Origin: Chiloscyllium plagiosum
Taxonomy: Eukaryota
Length of the DNA stretch: 64,000 nt
Direction of reading: 5' to 3'
Assembly (NCBI RefSeq): GCF_004010195.1
Contig: NC_057718.1
Location: forward strand, 59,886,137 to 59,950,136
Each line of letters starts with the position of its first letter. Position 1 is the first letter of the stretch. This document shows, piece after piece, positions 26,150-38,745 of this stretch. A program made the translations under genes and the position numbers. The notes beneath the pieces were generated by a model. The model was not told the origin of the DNA, made no database searches, and saw only the letters and a program-made list of their open reading frames with translations.

Positions 26150-26795
26150 AGAATATAGAATCCCTACAGTGTGGAAACAGGCCCTTCAGCCCAACAAGTA
26201 AGACTTAGTGGTTAGCACTGCTGCCTCACAGCACCAGGGTCCCAGGTTCGATTCCAGCTTTGGCCGACTGTCTGTGTGGAGTTTGCACATTCTCCCCGTG
26301 TCTGCGTGGGTTTCCTCTGAGTGTTCCAGTTTCCTCCCACAGCCTAAAGATGTGCAGGTCAGGTGAATTGGCCATGCTAAATTGCCCATAGTGTTAGGTG
26401 CATTAGTCAGAGGGAAATGGGTCTGGGTGGGTTACTCTTCAGAGGGTCAGTGTGGGCTGGTTGGGTCAAAGGGCCTGTTTCTACACTGTAGGGAATCTAA
26501 TCTAATCTAAAAAGTCCACACCAACCTTCCAAAGGGTAACCCACCCAGACCCATTCCCCTAGCCTATATTTACCCTGGACCAATGCACCTAACCTACATA
26601 TCCCTGAATACTATGGGCAATTTAGCATGGCCAATTCACCTAACCTGCACATCTTTGCATTGTGGGAGGAAACCCATGCAGACACAGGGAAAATGTGCAA
26701 ACTCCACACAGATAGTCTCCTGAGGCTGGAATCAAACCCAGATCTCTGGTGCCGTGAGGCAGCAGTGCTAACCACTGAGCCACCATGCCGCCCCA
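26150..26795 (-). mobile_element. HE1-type SINE split by a second HE1
   Basis: Tail at 26150-26199 (tagaatccctacagtgtggaaacaggccc) and body/head at 26512-26795, ending in ccaccatgccgccc. Confidence 0.9.
26205..26511 (+). mobile_element. HE1-type SINE nested in opposite-strand HE1
   Basis: agtggttagcactgctgcctcacagc...gggcctgtttctacactgtagggaatctaatctaatct; aagt duplicated at the junctions. Confidence 0.92.
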
Positions 26796-29700
26796 TTGTT
26801 ATTCTAAATTCTGCTGTCATTTGTTTGTTGTTACCTTTGGTGGGTGTGTAAATGAATTCTTTTTTACTTGAAGCTATGTGGTTTGACCAGCTGCCCACCT
26901 TACATATGCCCAAAACAATTAGATAGTTTAGGGTCTGGACTATATTCTTAAATGTGTTGAGGGTGTCTGGGCTGGTCCATAACACACTGTATCAACAATA
27001 GTGACCATTCTTAAAACCATGATAAGGCAGCCACACAAGCAAAATATTTCACAGTATTGGAATTAGTGGTGGAGTTTAGTCTATCCCCCTCTATCAACAC
27101 TGCCAACATAAATTCATCCTCACATTTCAGGGTCAGCAATTCTCATGGACCTAGTTGTGCCAGGGTTTTCACAATTCTCTGTTAATGTTTCATCAGAGAC
27201 TGTCAAAAGGGCAGGAGAGGGTTTCCTGACCAGACTGCTTGGTACAGTACATGGGCAAACACTTCCTGCAGACAGAGACAAGGACTGAAAATTTCACACT
27301 TTTAAAGAAACTGTTCCTCTTCCTCGTCACCTCAGGACTGAAAGTTAACCCCAAGAAGGCCTAAAACATAAGGTCCCAGGTCTCGTGCTTAGGCTCTGTG
27401 ATAGCTCAGGGAAAAGACAAAATAGAAGGGAAGCCGTGACCTGTTTGTCCCTCCCCAGGGATGTGAGCTCATCGTGTACCTTACTGGGGTTAATGGGATA
27501 CTGTCAGAACCACATCGATGGTTTTATCACTAAAGCCAGCCCACTCTCCAACCTCCAGAAAAGGAAAGCCTTATGGGAATGGACTGAGCAGTGCATAGAT
27601 GCTATTGCTGAATTAAAACAGGCCGTAGTGCATGTCCCCACTGTGCAGGTACCTGACCCTTCACCTTCAGAATTGCAGCCACAGATGCCATATTGTCAGC
27701 TGGACTTCTCTAAGAACGACAAAGTGAACTCAGGCCAGTGACCTATACCTCTCGGACTCTTTCACCAGTAGAGCATGGTTTCTCTACATGTGAGAAGTAT
27801 TTTTTAGCCATGTTCTGGGTGGTACAACATTTTTGTCAATATTATTGTCTTGAACTCCCTAACCATTTTAGTGGAACATAACACCATTCAAATTTTACTG
27901 GACAGCAGGATTAAAGACAGTACAGTCAGCCAAAACCACACAATGCAGTGGACCCTAATGTTACAGGGTCACAACATTACAAACATATCAAAGTGCCCAC
28001 CTTCCTCACCAACAGTTTGAGGTACAGGAAGAATATCATGAGTTTCAGGACGTGGCAAAATGTCCCCAGGGGACTATTTCTGTCAAAACAAAATGGGGGA
28101 AGACATAAGGGAACCTGGGGAGCAGAAGAGAGACCTCCCCAGAAGAATATTAATGGATGGATATTCTTTGTTAGAGAATGGACATTGAAAGACAGGATGT
28201 CGTGTATATATGGAGAACCACAGAAGGGAACCTCTGATAGAGTTAGTGCTGAAGCTTCCCAACAAAATGAGCACTCAGGCTGCCACTGTAACCTACATGG
28301 TCAGCCATCCTGAAAACTATCCCTCACCAGCAGACAGACACTTAGACAACATGTATGTCTGCAACAGTTTAAATCACTTCCTGACACTGGAGGAAGCTAG
28401 AGGGTTCGTCTCAGCAGACAGGAAACCATTACTATATACACCCACTGCTCAAATTTATTCTCCAAAATGCCCAATACAATGAACATGGCATCATTAAGGC
28501 TCCAATGAACTTTCCCAACTGGGAGCAGAAAGACAAATGAATTGGCTCAGCACAGCGTCCACAAAGGAGAAACATGGCAGCACCCCCATTCCAGAACACA
28601 TAGACACTGTCACTATGAACCAAACCAAGGTGAAAGACCTGGGACAGGCTGAGAGCTCAGTTAAAGCAAGTACAGAAGGGAAGGGTTCCCTGCCTCGTAT
28701 CACACATGGGAGGGCAAGTTAAATATTCAGGACACACTTATTCTCAAAGATGGACAGTATGTGGTACCTGTCCAGGAACAAACGCAAGTGATATATCAAC
28801 GTCCAGGGTCACCAAGGAACAGAAGCGCTGATTTATGGGATTGCCAGAAATGGCATTATGCTAAGAATTATTTTAACTGCACTCATGTCAATCGAGACAG
28901 GTATGCCAATAAAGGAGAACTAAGGCATATCAGGCCAGTAGCAGGACTGTGAACTGTCCTTCAAATAGATTACATTGGCCCTCTACCATCCTATAAAGGG
29001 GATCTAAATATATCCTGGTCATTGTGGACATTTTTAACACTCGAATGTCCACTCAAATGAACATTGTTAAAGTTGCAGTGAACATCTTAATTCAGTATAT
29101 TTTCACTAACTGGGGTCTTTTCTGCAGTAGAGATTCAGATCAGGGAACCCATTTCACAGCCCAGGTAATGCAGGAGATGATGAATATATTTGGCATCAGC
29201 CAAATGTTCCACATCAGCCTTCATCCTCAATCCAGCAAGATTGTAGAGAAGATGAATCACACTCTCAAAGGAGTGCTGCAACAGGTCAAAACGAAACAAC
29301 TCAGCTTAGAATGCCATTTTTACCCTTTGTGGGTAATCCATGCTCATAAGTAACTCATCCTCTGGTGCAACTGGATTCACCTCTTATATTCTAATGACCA
29401 GACACCCATGAGAGGTAGCAAACCTTAATAGGACCGGACTAGACAGAGCCTGAGATCAAAGCCCTCTGCCACAATAAAACTGTGAAACTTCTGTTCGAAA
29501 ATGGGCACAAAGCACCATCAGCATAGCAAAAAGGCAAAAATGAAGCAAAGTGTACCTTGATGGAAAAGGGAACCCAATAGATACAAGGTAGCCAGCAGGT
29601 GATGTTCCAAAGTTTCCAGCTAGGAAAATCCTGCCCCCAGATTTTTAGGTTCAGCTCAGTGTTGGCAAGAATTTTGCTAGTTACAGTAAAAACTGACTGG

Positions 29701-30159
29701 TACTATGTTAATCAACAAAACCAAAAGGAACATCCACCATCTCCCCATGTATCTAGGGGACCTGAGAAAAGCAAATCTTAATGTGAGTCCTGATCCAGAC
29801 CCAAATCCAAGATCAGCCCCATTACCGATCCTTGACCAGCTCTGGACGCTAACCTTCCTGAACCTCAGGAAATGAACAACAACTGACTTCACCAATTCAG
29901 GCCAGAAGAGGCAAGCTTCAGCATGCAGCAACCCTGAAGTGAAAGGGATGGTTAGAGACAAGCTGCCCAAGAAAGTGTCCTATGCTGACCTCTAGCCCAG
30001 GGACAACCCCTTTACGAAGGCAGTCATTCTAACGGTCCCACTCAGACGTGGTGGGAGAGCAAGTTTCTGACAGCCAGAACCCTCCTATCTCTTTCTCTCT
30101 CTTTCCCTTCCTGTCTCCCTCACTCACACACACACACAAAATCCTTTTAGACCATCTTC

Positions 30160-30990
30160 ATTGTTTGGCCAATTTTCATCTCATTGTCATCTAGACCTTT
30201 GATGGTGCCAATGCACTGACCCATTTCCGATCCCTATTTTGGATTAACTAATGTTGGGTCAGACGCACACACAATTGATTGACCAAAAGGGAATTGAGAG
30301 AAATCGATAAAAGCCAAGTGTGGGCCAAGATCAGAAAGTGTTAGAAAAAATCTCCACAGCTAGAGAGGTATGGGGAGGTGTCTAAACTTGGTCAGATATT
30401 TTTAAGGATAATAATAGATACTACCTTGATCCCATCTCCAGGATGATGACATGCAACCTGTTGGTCTACATTGTCAGCTGGATTGCTAGGATGCAATCAA
30501 ATGGAGGCATTAACTGGATGAGAGTACACATATCCTGGCTATATCTGGTTTGCCCTGCTGGAGACAGGTTAAAGTGAAGATGATGTTTCATGGGTTCATT
30601 CCAACAAATCCATAGTGTTGGGTGTAACAACCAGCTGGTTGTGTGTAGAAAGGCAAATGGGAGCTCAGATTATTCTTGCCTGAACACAGCCACCGTGGGT
30701 GACCGATGGGGATTTTCCACAAACAGAAATGGAATGTTTGGCTACTGGCCCAGAGAAAGGGCTAGAAATTAGGCACTGATGCTCTGAGAAGATCATGGGA
30801 GGAAGAAAGTCCTGCACAAAATGAGAAATGAGTTAAATCCAGCCAGGAGTGCACCCCTAAATGTTTGTCCAAGGACTACCCCAGTACCACAAAATGGGGT
30901 GGTTTTAAAACACACTGGCAAAACCCTGTATGACAACATACACCACAAATGGGTACCAGTGGCATTAGATATATCCAGTACCTAACTGTC
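30160..30990 (+). pseudogene. Possible env-like relic
   Basis: Lies 3' of integrase; Cys/Trp-rich fragments, then RKKVLHKMRNELNPARSAPLNVCPRTTPVPQNGVVLKHTGKTLYDNIHHKWVPVALDISST*. Confidence 0.4.
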
Positions 30991-32551
30991 AGGTGGTGCC
31001 CTTCCCAACTGCTGATTTCCAGCATCCATAGTCTTTTGGTTTCATGATTAACTGTACCCACTCAAAAATCCACTTTCCACTTTGGGTGTTGTCGTTTCAC
31101 CAGTGTCTCTGATCAAGGCTTCCATTTGGCAAGTCACTCTTTAATCACAAATACTTTTAATCCTTCCTCTGTCACCCACTGAGGAGTCCCATGAATTTTC
31201 ACCCATACCACCTGTCATCCCATTGCCCTTGGACCTCACCCCAATTTCCACAGATCTGATCTATGTCTTTTATTGGCTTGCCCACCTTATTCCTGAGCCC
31301 CTAACTGTCAATGTCTCAGTATCCTCCTGACCCTTATCTCTCATATTCACAAGGCCTTCAGTACCCTCACCTTCCATGGCCCTTCTTGATGAGTCCTTAC
31401 AATGCTCTCCATGGTCTTGCAACTCCTAAACTATCTAACTCCACATCTAACTCCGGCATCAGCCCCACGATTGTCAATGTATCCTTTGCATTGCAGTACC
31501 ACCAGCCAGAATTTTGACAGCACTGACCATAACTTGACCATTTAGCTCTCTATGAGACATCTTTCCTAGCCATCACTCTAAATAAACTACATTAGGACAG
31601 AGGCAGGCTGCAATATCTGTCCTTCTATCCTTGCAAGGTCAGTGTCCCAACCTTGAATGGTCATTACTCCTCCTTTCCCCACTCCTCCTCCCGATGCCAC
31701 TTCCATTCCTTACTCCACAATCCCATTCAGGACAAAGCAGATAATCCTTTTTCCAAGGTCCTGGAAGAAGTCAAGTATACTACGTTCATGTTTCTTATAT
31801 GCAGTCTGGTAGCTGAAAGCAAGGATTTCTTGATTTGAGAGAACCTAACTGGGAGTAAGTACTTAGTTTTGGTAGGTTATGTTTTTAAGAAGATGCAAAT
31901 GTTTGTTTAAAGGCCATTTGACACCTGCAGTCCAGAAGGTTGATCTGCTTTTCAGCTTCGAGATGTTAGTTATTTAAGTGCAGTTGAGATGCTTATATTT
32001 GGACCCTTAGTCAATTAAGTTCTTCACCTTCGGCTCCTCCTGGATTGAGAGATTCAGTCCAATGTTTCAACTTGATGCGATGTTAAAATTGTTTCTCTCT
32101 CCACCGAGATTGCCTGACGGTGCTCAATATTTTGAGCAATTCCTATTTTCATTTCTGATTTCTACCACCCTCGGTATTTTGTTTCTGTGTTCACTGGCTT
32201 GTTGCTTTAGCAGCCTGGATAGTAGTCCTAAAATGTTCCCAACGTTAAAAGAAAAATGAAACCAGGAACATTCAACTCCATATTTTCTTTTTTAGCAAAG
32301 GTTCCAGCAACCATCCTAAAAGGGATATTAAATTCTACTTGGTTGAACTTGTTGAGTAAGTTCTCCTTTGATTCTAATCACTTCTCCAAATATAAAGTCC
32401 TTCTACATGCATCCGTATGGGTCCTAACTATGTCTGATGTTTGAAGATTAATTGGAATGTCTATTGTTCCAGTCAATTTAGATCCAATCCCTTATCTTTT
32501 TTCCTGTAATTTAATGGTTGTATTGATCCAGTTTCCCATTCTTACCTGAAT

Positions 32552-32960
32552 TGGGAAATCTGATCAATTTTAGTTCTAATTTCCATTTTTTCACATACCT
32601 TAACATGATGTGTTTCTTGCCTGGATACCCTTGCTTCTCTATCTCTAGGCTTCACTTTAACGCATTCAAAATCCATCACCTGCACAAAGTTAAAATCAGA
32701 TTTTCCATTTTGGGGGATAGTCAGTTGCCCAATATCTACTATCAGCCCATCTACACATGAACCTGTGTAGTCTGCTCTTCTTCCAACCCATTTCTGTAAA
32801 GACTCCTTTTTTCTCCATCTCCATTGCAAATGTTTTAAAGGGAGATTTCTTCCCTCAACTGTCCTATTTTCTGTATTTTTGTGATCATTATGTCCTCTTC
32901 TACCTAAGAACCATGTTAGGGATCTCCTTATCATTACCTTCCATTGTACAAGCCTTCATA
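32552..32960 (+). pseudogene. Old Penelope RT relic
   Basis: NLINFSSNFH...FSILGDSQLPNIYYQP...SCKDS-like segment, matching the Penelope RT C-terminal pattern. Confidence 0.5.
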
Positions 32961-33964
32961 TTCAATAGATTTGTATGCTTCACCCCACTTCTACACTCAG
33001 AGCCTGTGCAAATACAGGCAGCAATTTAAAACTGGTAGACACATCACTAAAACATATTGCAAGGCAATTAATGATATACTTTCTACTTTCCTGCAGGAGA
33101 TCGTGACACATAACAAGACAGGAGTAAAGACCAGACAAGTAGAAGCATGCTTACATGTTTAAACAGAGATGCGGAGGCAATGTTGGCCATCATGTCATTA
33201 TTGAGCTGGTCAGAGATCGATCGTGAAGGCATCTGCATACTGATTGCTTTCCTACTTCTGCCTTGCCCCTCATATTCTTTCACAAACTGTAGATGGTGTT
33301 AGTAAACATTTCTTTTTCATTTCAGATGCAAGGAATGAGAACTCTCCGAGGCAGAAGAAGAAGCCAACAAAGAAGATGAGGCATGTTTACTCTACCTCAT
33401 ACTTGCAATAACCAGTTCAGAAAGGAACATGGAATGTCACCCCTCCCTGGAACTGGTGAGAAGTGGAAATGCTTCAGTGAGTTGGCAATGGAGAAATACT
33501 CGACCCCTTCTCACTGCCTCACCAATTTAGTTCTGGACAAGAAGATCCATGGAGTCTTTCTTAAACTTCCAGCAATTAAGGCCCTCAATTTGTTGATTAA
33601 TCATCAGGTAGGGGCCTCAATATCTTCAATTTCCATATTAGAAAGACAGCTAAGCATTTTCTCAACTGAGAAGCTTGCTGGCCAAATTGGGTAGATCTTG
33701 ATTGGCCCCAATTTGGGCCAATTAGAGCCATGGATGGAGGGGCAAGGGGCTGACCTCTAAAGTCCATCTCTTTTTCCTTGTGGCTAAACCCCTTTTCCCT
33801 TGACCACAACCTTGTGATAGGAAGATAAATATCACTTGTGCCCATGCTCTGCCTGTCAAATATTAATGAACTGATTGGTGTGCGACACAGTCAGTTAGCT
33901 CAAAGGTAAGGAATGAGTTTATGTACCACTTAAGATAGTGACTCCCATATTTTGAGATTAAACA

Positions 33965-34400
33965 CTAAGAGAATTAGAACAGAATAGAAATTTATTGTCA
34001 CATGTACTTTTACATGAAAAATACAGTGGAACATTTTATAAGTCACCCTACCATGGTGCCTACATCAGTGACAGAAGTCATACATAATTATAAAAGAAAA
34101 GTAAAATTAGAACAAAGTTAATCGTCGTTCAGTTTATGCCTCCTGGGCTCAGGGAAAGCCGATTAAGGAATGATGGAAAACCCTGAAGACACAGCCAGGG
34201 TGAGACCACCACACCGGCCCACTGGAATACTGGGCCAGATGTCTCCACTGGAGAAGACCACCATGCTGGGCTGAGACCTCCACTCCTGGACAAGACTGCC
34301 TGCCAGGCTGCTGGAATACCTGGACACCAAAGATAAAGAAGACCTCCACTTGGAGATGCGACCTCCACTCTGGGACAGAAAAACCATGTTGGGACAATAA
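33965..34400 (-). mobile_element. Non-autonomous element with Rex1/Babar-like tail and GC-rich internal short repeats
   Basis: Reverse complement of the tail reads ttccactgtattttt...gtacatgtgacaataaa followed by ttcta-type repeats; repeated (ac)ctccact motifs at 34240-34375. Confidence 0.45.
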
Positions 34401-34630
34401 CCCCAATTGTCATAGTTGGGATTAGATGTTTATTTTTACTGACTGTACCATAATTTGATTTCTTTTCCTTTGTGCCAAAATGCTTGTTTTAAAACATATC
34501 CATATCTAAATCTATTTAACTATAACCAGGCCCTCAAATCCTTCTCATGAGGAAAGATGGAAACGTAATGTGACAGTAAGTTTGATTATGTCTGTATCTG
34601 GTGCATAAAAATGTGTTGTTCTTCAGGTCA

Positions 34631-34714
34631 AGGGCTCTTGCCTGAAACGTCGATTCTCCTGTTCCTTGGATGCTGCCTGATCTGCTGCGCTTTTCCAGCA
34701 ACACATTTTCAGCT
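34631..34714 (+). mobile_element. 84-bp Penelope pLTR-derived insertion
   Basis: 15-bp TSD ttgttcttcaggtca (34616-34630, 34715-34729); homologous to 6780-6850. Confidence 0.85.
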
Positions 34715-34860
34715 TTGTTCTTCAGGTCACCAGATACCCATCAGGAGTAGAAATTTGCTTGATTTTATTGTAACCTATCAAAGTACCCCTACCACTGTTC
34801 CAATTGGGATCAGCTAATTCAATATAGAGTGCGACTCAAATCTGCAATCCTCTTGGTCTT

Positions 34861-35580
34861 GAAGGAGTAATTTACTGCAGGTGCTAGAATGTGTACTGAA
34901 AACAAAAATGCTGGAGATCACAGTGGGTCAGGCAGCATTCATGGAAAGGCAGCAATCTAATGTTTTGAGTCCAGCCAACTCTTCATCAGTGCCGAAGTGA
35001 AGGGTGGAGGGGACAGCATTTATGATGTAGTGGCGGTCTGTGTGCTAGCATGACCATAACTTTCAGATAGCTGATCATTTTACTACAGTATCCCACTCGC
35101 ATGCCCACTTGCCTGTCCTCAGCATGCTACAATGCTCCAGCGAATCAGAGTGAAAACTAAAGCAGCAACATCTCATCTTCAAATTAGGCACGTTACAACT
35201 TTCTGGGCTCAATATTGGGTTCAACACCTTCAATTTGTGAACCAGTCCCTTCTCTTTCTTTTAGCTTTACTTCTTACATTCTCTTGTCACTATGTCCTCT
35301 CTCCCCTCCCATACTCCAGTGGGACTGTCTGTTCTTTCTAGTCTGGCAGTTAGACACACCATTGTTCTGCCACTTTCACATTATGATCATTTAACCTGAA
35401 CTTTCAACACCCTCTCTTCCCCCAGCACTCCAACATCTCTCCCCCACTATTGCATAAATGCTGCCCCTCCACACTTCAGTTCTGATGAAGAGTCATCTCA
35501 ACTTGAAACGTTAGCTTGCTTTCTCTCCACGGAGGTTGCCTGACTTGCTGTGATCTCTAGTATTTTTTGTTTTCGGTACT
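34861..35580. mobile_element. Penelope-like element with inverted pLTRs and GIY-YIG relic
   Basis: 11-bp TSD ctcttggtctt (34850-34860, 35581-35591); inverted arms ~34893-35036 and ~35441-35579; internal MLQCSSESE*KLKQQHLIFKLGTLQLSGLNIGF; hammerhead core ctgatga...gaaacgtt at ~35482-35512. Confidence 0.8.
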
Positions 35581-35724
35581 CTCTTGGTCTTTATGGGCTA
35601 GTACCATTTACCCATTTCATCATTCCAAGCCTCCATGCAATATTTCATTGCAATTATTTAAATTGTGAACAGAACAATTAATGAATGAACTAGAAGCTGT
35701 GGATTATGTAATTCCCCTTTTTTT

Positions 35725-35822
35725 AAAATAGTGTAAACACAATATTACTTTGAGCTTCAACAACCTTCTATTAAAAAATATTGTAAACACCATGTTACTT
35801 GGAGCTTCAACACCCTTCTATT
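35725..35822. repeat. Tandem duplication, 50-bp period
   Basis: tgtaaacacaatattactttgagcttcaacaaccttctatt at 35732 and tgtaaacaccatgttacttggagcttcaacacccttctatt at 35782. Confidence 0.85.
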
Positions 35823-36626
35823 TCTTAGGGAATGTAGCAAGTAGCAATGGTATATAGATCAATTCTTTGTTTGTGACCTAGAAACTTAAGACATCCAGAT
35901 AAGGTCAGTTGAGTTAGAAGCTGTTGTGAAGTGCACTTTAACAGGTCTGGGTGAATTTTAGAAGAGCCTCGTCAGGAAAGTCAATGATATAGAGGAAGAG
36001 TAACCATTGGAGCCTTAGATTGTTTCTTGCTTCTTTTTGTGGGTAATGGGTCAAATATAGGTCAAATAAACAACTCTGAAACTCATGCATACTTTCTCAA
36101 TACCTACATAAAGGGAAGACTTGACAACCTTTACAGAAAACTAATCAAACCAGCATAGCACCAGTATTTAGAAATGGATGAACATTAACACTCATAGCAT
36201 CAGCTCATTCATCTTTTCCATGTTGTTTTTAATGTGATTCATTTATTTTGTTTACAAATGGACTTATATTTCTCTATAATTAGACTCTATGCAGAGGAAA
36301 TGTTCTTCAGGGGTACTACAAATAGAGTAAAATACAAAGGTTTCAAATGAGGATTTGTATAATACAACAACAGGGCTTTCCCCATGGTCTTAGTGCCTAA
36401 TTACACAGAAAGACTCTAATGTCCAAATGTTCACTTATGTATTTTTTTAATGAAACAATATTGTTATGCTCACTGTATCAATTAAAAAGGAGCATTAGCT
36501 TGTACAGGCTATAGTTAGATTATGCCATATGACATCCTATTTTGTTTTCTTTGGTCAATTGTCCTTTATGCATTGATACAAAAAATAAATAATTTGTACT
36601 CAAAACGTATCTCCTTAGACTAAGAT

Positions 36627-37358
36627 AAAAATCACAGGTTATAGTTTCACAGGTTAATTGGGAAGCACTAGCTTTCGGAGCCCTGCTCCTTCATCAGGTC
36701 GTTTTGGAGTATAAGAATGTAAGACACAGAATTTATAGCAAAGTTTACAGGGTGATGTAACTGAAATTATATTTTGAAAAAGAACTGGATTGTTTTTTAA
36801 GTCTCTCATCTTTTAGAATGACCATGTTGGTTTCAGTTCTTTCATATGTAAATCTCAAAACTTTTTCTAAGTTATATTCTCAAGTGAACTTTAACAATTG
36901 GTGTCATGTCGGCCCAGATAATGCATTGAAGGTGTGAGGTGCCCTATGTGAGACTGTCTGTGCCACAATGGTCAGACTGATTCTATTCTAAAAAATGGAT
37001 TTACAGAATCTTACATGGATTCATGCAGTTTTTGAGCAAAGTAAAATGTAATTCTGCAAGTACAAATTCACCCCATAAACATATATGTGTATGTGTGCAT
37101 GTGGGTGTATGTTGGGGAGGAGGGTGTTATGGGTATCTGTGAGACAGTATATGTGTGTGAGTATAAATGGGTATAAGTCTGTGAGAGGGTGTGTGTGGGA
37201 GTGTATGTGTGTGTATGAGAGAGGCTCTGCATGAGTATGTGTGTTTGTAGGACAGTGTGTTGTCTGTAGGTGTGTGTGTGTAATCTGGTGTTGTGTGACT
37301 TTTAACTGCACACACACTCCTACAGACACACACTTACACAGACCCTCTCATACGCTCA
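36627..37358 (-). mobile_element. Penelope-like pLTR with (CA)n-rich region
   Basis: Reverse complement of 62025-62830; contains a hammerhead at 36666-36700 and a short inverted segment at ~37282-37358. Confidence 0.8.
36666..36700 (-). ncRNA. Minimal hammerhead ribozyme (AGCT type)
   Basis: Minus strand: gac-CTGATGA-a-GGAGC agg GCTCC-GAAAGCTA-gtg; intact core and 5-bp stem II. Confidence 0.75.
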
Positions 37359-38745
37359 TGGCATCTTTCTACCAGAAACTTGCTGAAAGGATCTAAGGCG
37401 CATTGGCAATTGTCTTGCCACAGATAGAAGACAGCTTTCTTGAGTAAATTTCTGAGAGAAAATACGTTGTTTGCAAAGATGGGAACATAGACTAAGATGA
37501 CATTAAAAGCTTATTCTGGGGTAGGTGGCTACACATAAATTAGTGCTTCTCAAATTGTTCCCACTGTGACCCAATTTTGAAGCTTTAAAATTGTTGTAAC
37601 TCCTCAGTGCGAACCGAGAAAGAGGAGATGTGTTAAAGAGGGATCACATATTTTAACTTGGCTCGAACTCCATTGATGGCCATTGTTGCCTCGGAGCTCA
37701 TGACACTAACCCTTAAGCTCAAAAACCCACTTTGTCGCGTCATGATCTATGGCATGTAATTATTGCTGGTGTTTCACTATGGCTTTGTACTTGCATCCAT
37801 CCTCAAGTAATGTGCCAATGGTATGGCCTTTTGACTTGTCCAAAACATGCCTCCCAAAGGCATTAGTTGGGAAAGATGTGGTAACTGATTCAATTAACCT
37901 ATTTGACAGATCATCTCCAGAAAAGGCGTGCCTTTTGCTGTAGCATCTTATAATCATGTGTTCAATGGACTCTTAGGGATGCTCTTTGCATGACTTATGT
38001 TGGAATCTGTTAAACCTCAAGTTAATTCTTAACTCGAGTGGGTCTTTGATAATGTTTCAGGTCTTTCCTAGATTTTTCTGATCATGCATGGAAAGACCAG
38101 AAGCACTAATTCTGTGAAGATCCTCCAAGATCATCTATCATTTGATCTGTTAGATAGAACTGCATATATTATTTGAATGGTTGTGATTCTCTGAAGATCT
38201 CATCGGATGTCCAGTCCATAAAAAAAGCTGGACCTAAACAGTGTGTCCCAAAATTTTTACCAGCAAGGTTGAAAACACTTCCTTAAGAATTGTTAAGATG
38301 CCTTAAGAATTCCCTAAGACTCTGCAGCTGCTGTTGTGAGAAACTATTATTTATGTATTGATTTTCAGGAACCAAGCATTTGTCCAGCTTCTGTATTGTA
38401 TTGTACTTACTTTATATTAAAGCTTGAAAGTGCCTGTCAACCTTTTTTATGTTGTTCTTTCTTTTTATTAAGGCATCTTAGACATTTCTTCTCTCTTGAA
38501 AGAACGTATCTCCTAATCAAAAAGAAATTAGATCCATTTTCTTAGAGGGTAATGCCCTATGTACAGATATGTACAACTGTCTGCAGTCACAAGATTGATG
38601 CTGCATAAGAGTGGGAAATTCCTTCTTTGTTCGGACTCTGTTGTCTGATTGATCTTTAACTAGTTTTCCAAATATCCACCACCTAGCTATTGGAGTTTTT
38701 TTTCTAGAGGGACAGTGCTGCAAACATGATAAGAATTTGTGTCTA

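Larger units (their letters stand above)
25713..26984. mobile_element. Solo LTR of a different LTR family inserted in RT
   Basis: TGTGATG...CATAACA termini; 5-bp TSD cacta (25708-25712)/cactg (26985-26989); RT motifs resume on the other side. Confidence 0.75.
25480..29700 (+). pseudogene. pol relic: RT, tether, RNase H, integrase (interrupted at 25713-26984)
   Basis: LLKQGLLHPVASTKNSPI..DYRKLNKTT; YFTVL..FTF-like ILTFQGQQFSWT*LCQGFHNS..VQYMGK (eroded YxDD); LRPVTYTSRTLSPVEHGFSTCEKYFLA; ILMDGYS...KTGC...STQAA...RGFVSADRKP; LQIDYIGPLP...DSDQGTHFT...HPQSSKIVEKMN. Confidence 0.88.
22675..30990 (+). mobile_element. Decayed endogenous retrovirus-like element (gag-pol-env-like), 3' truncated
   Basis: Ordered relics of gag, RT, tether, RNase H, integrase and a possible env on the + strand (see sub-features). 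Confidence 0.85.

Noticed and set aside
37021..37333. His/Thr-rich ORFs here and at 62213-62429
   Set aside because: Translations of (CA)n-rich Penelope pLTR sequence.
37541..37735. hAT/Charlie MITE starting tagtgcttctcaaa
   Set aside because: One TIR-like end is visible, but there is no convincing partner TIR or 8-bp TSD.
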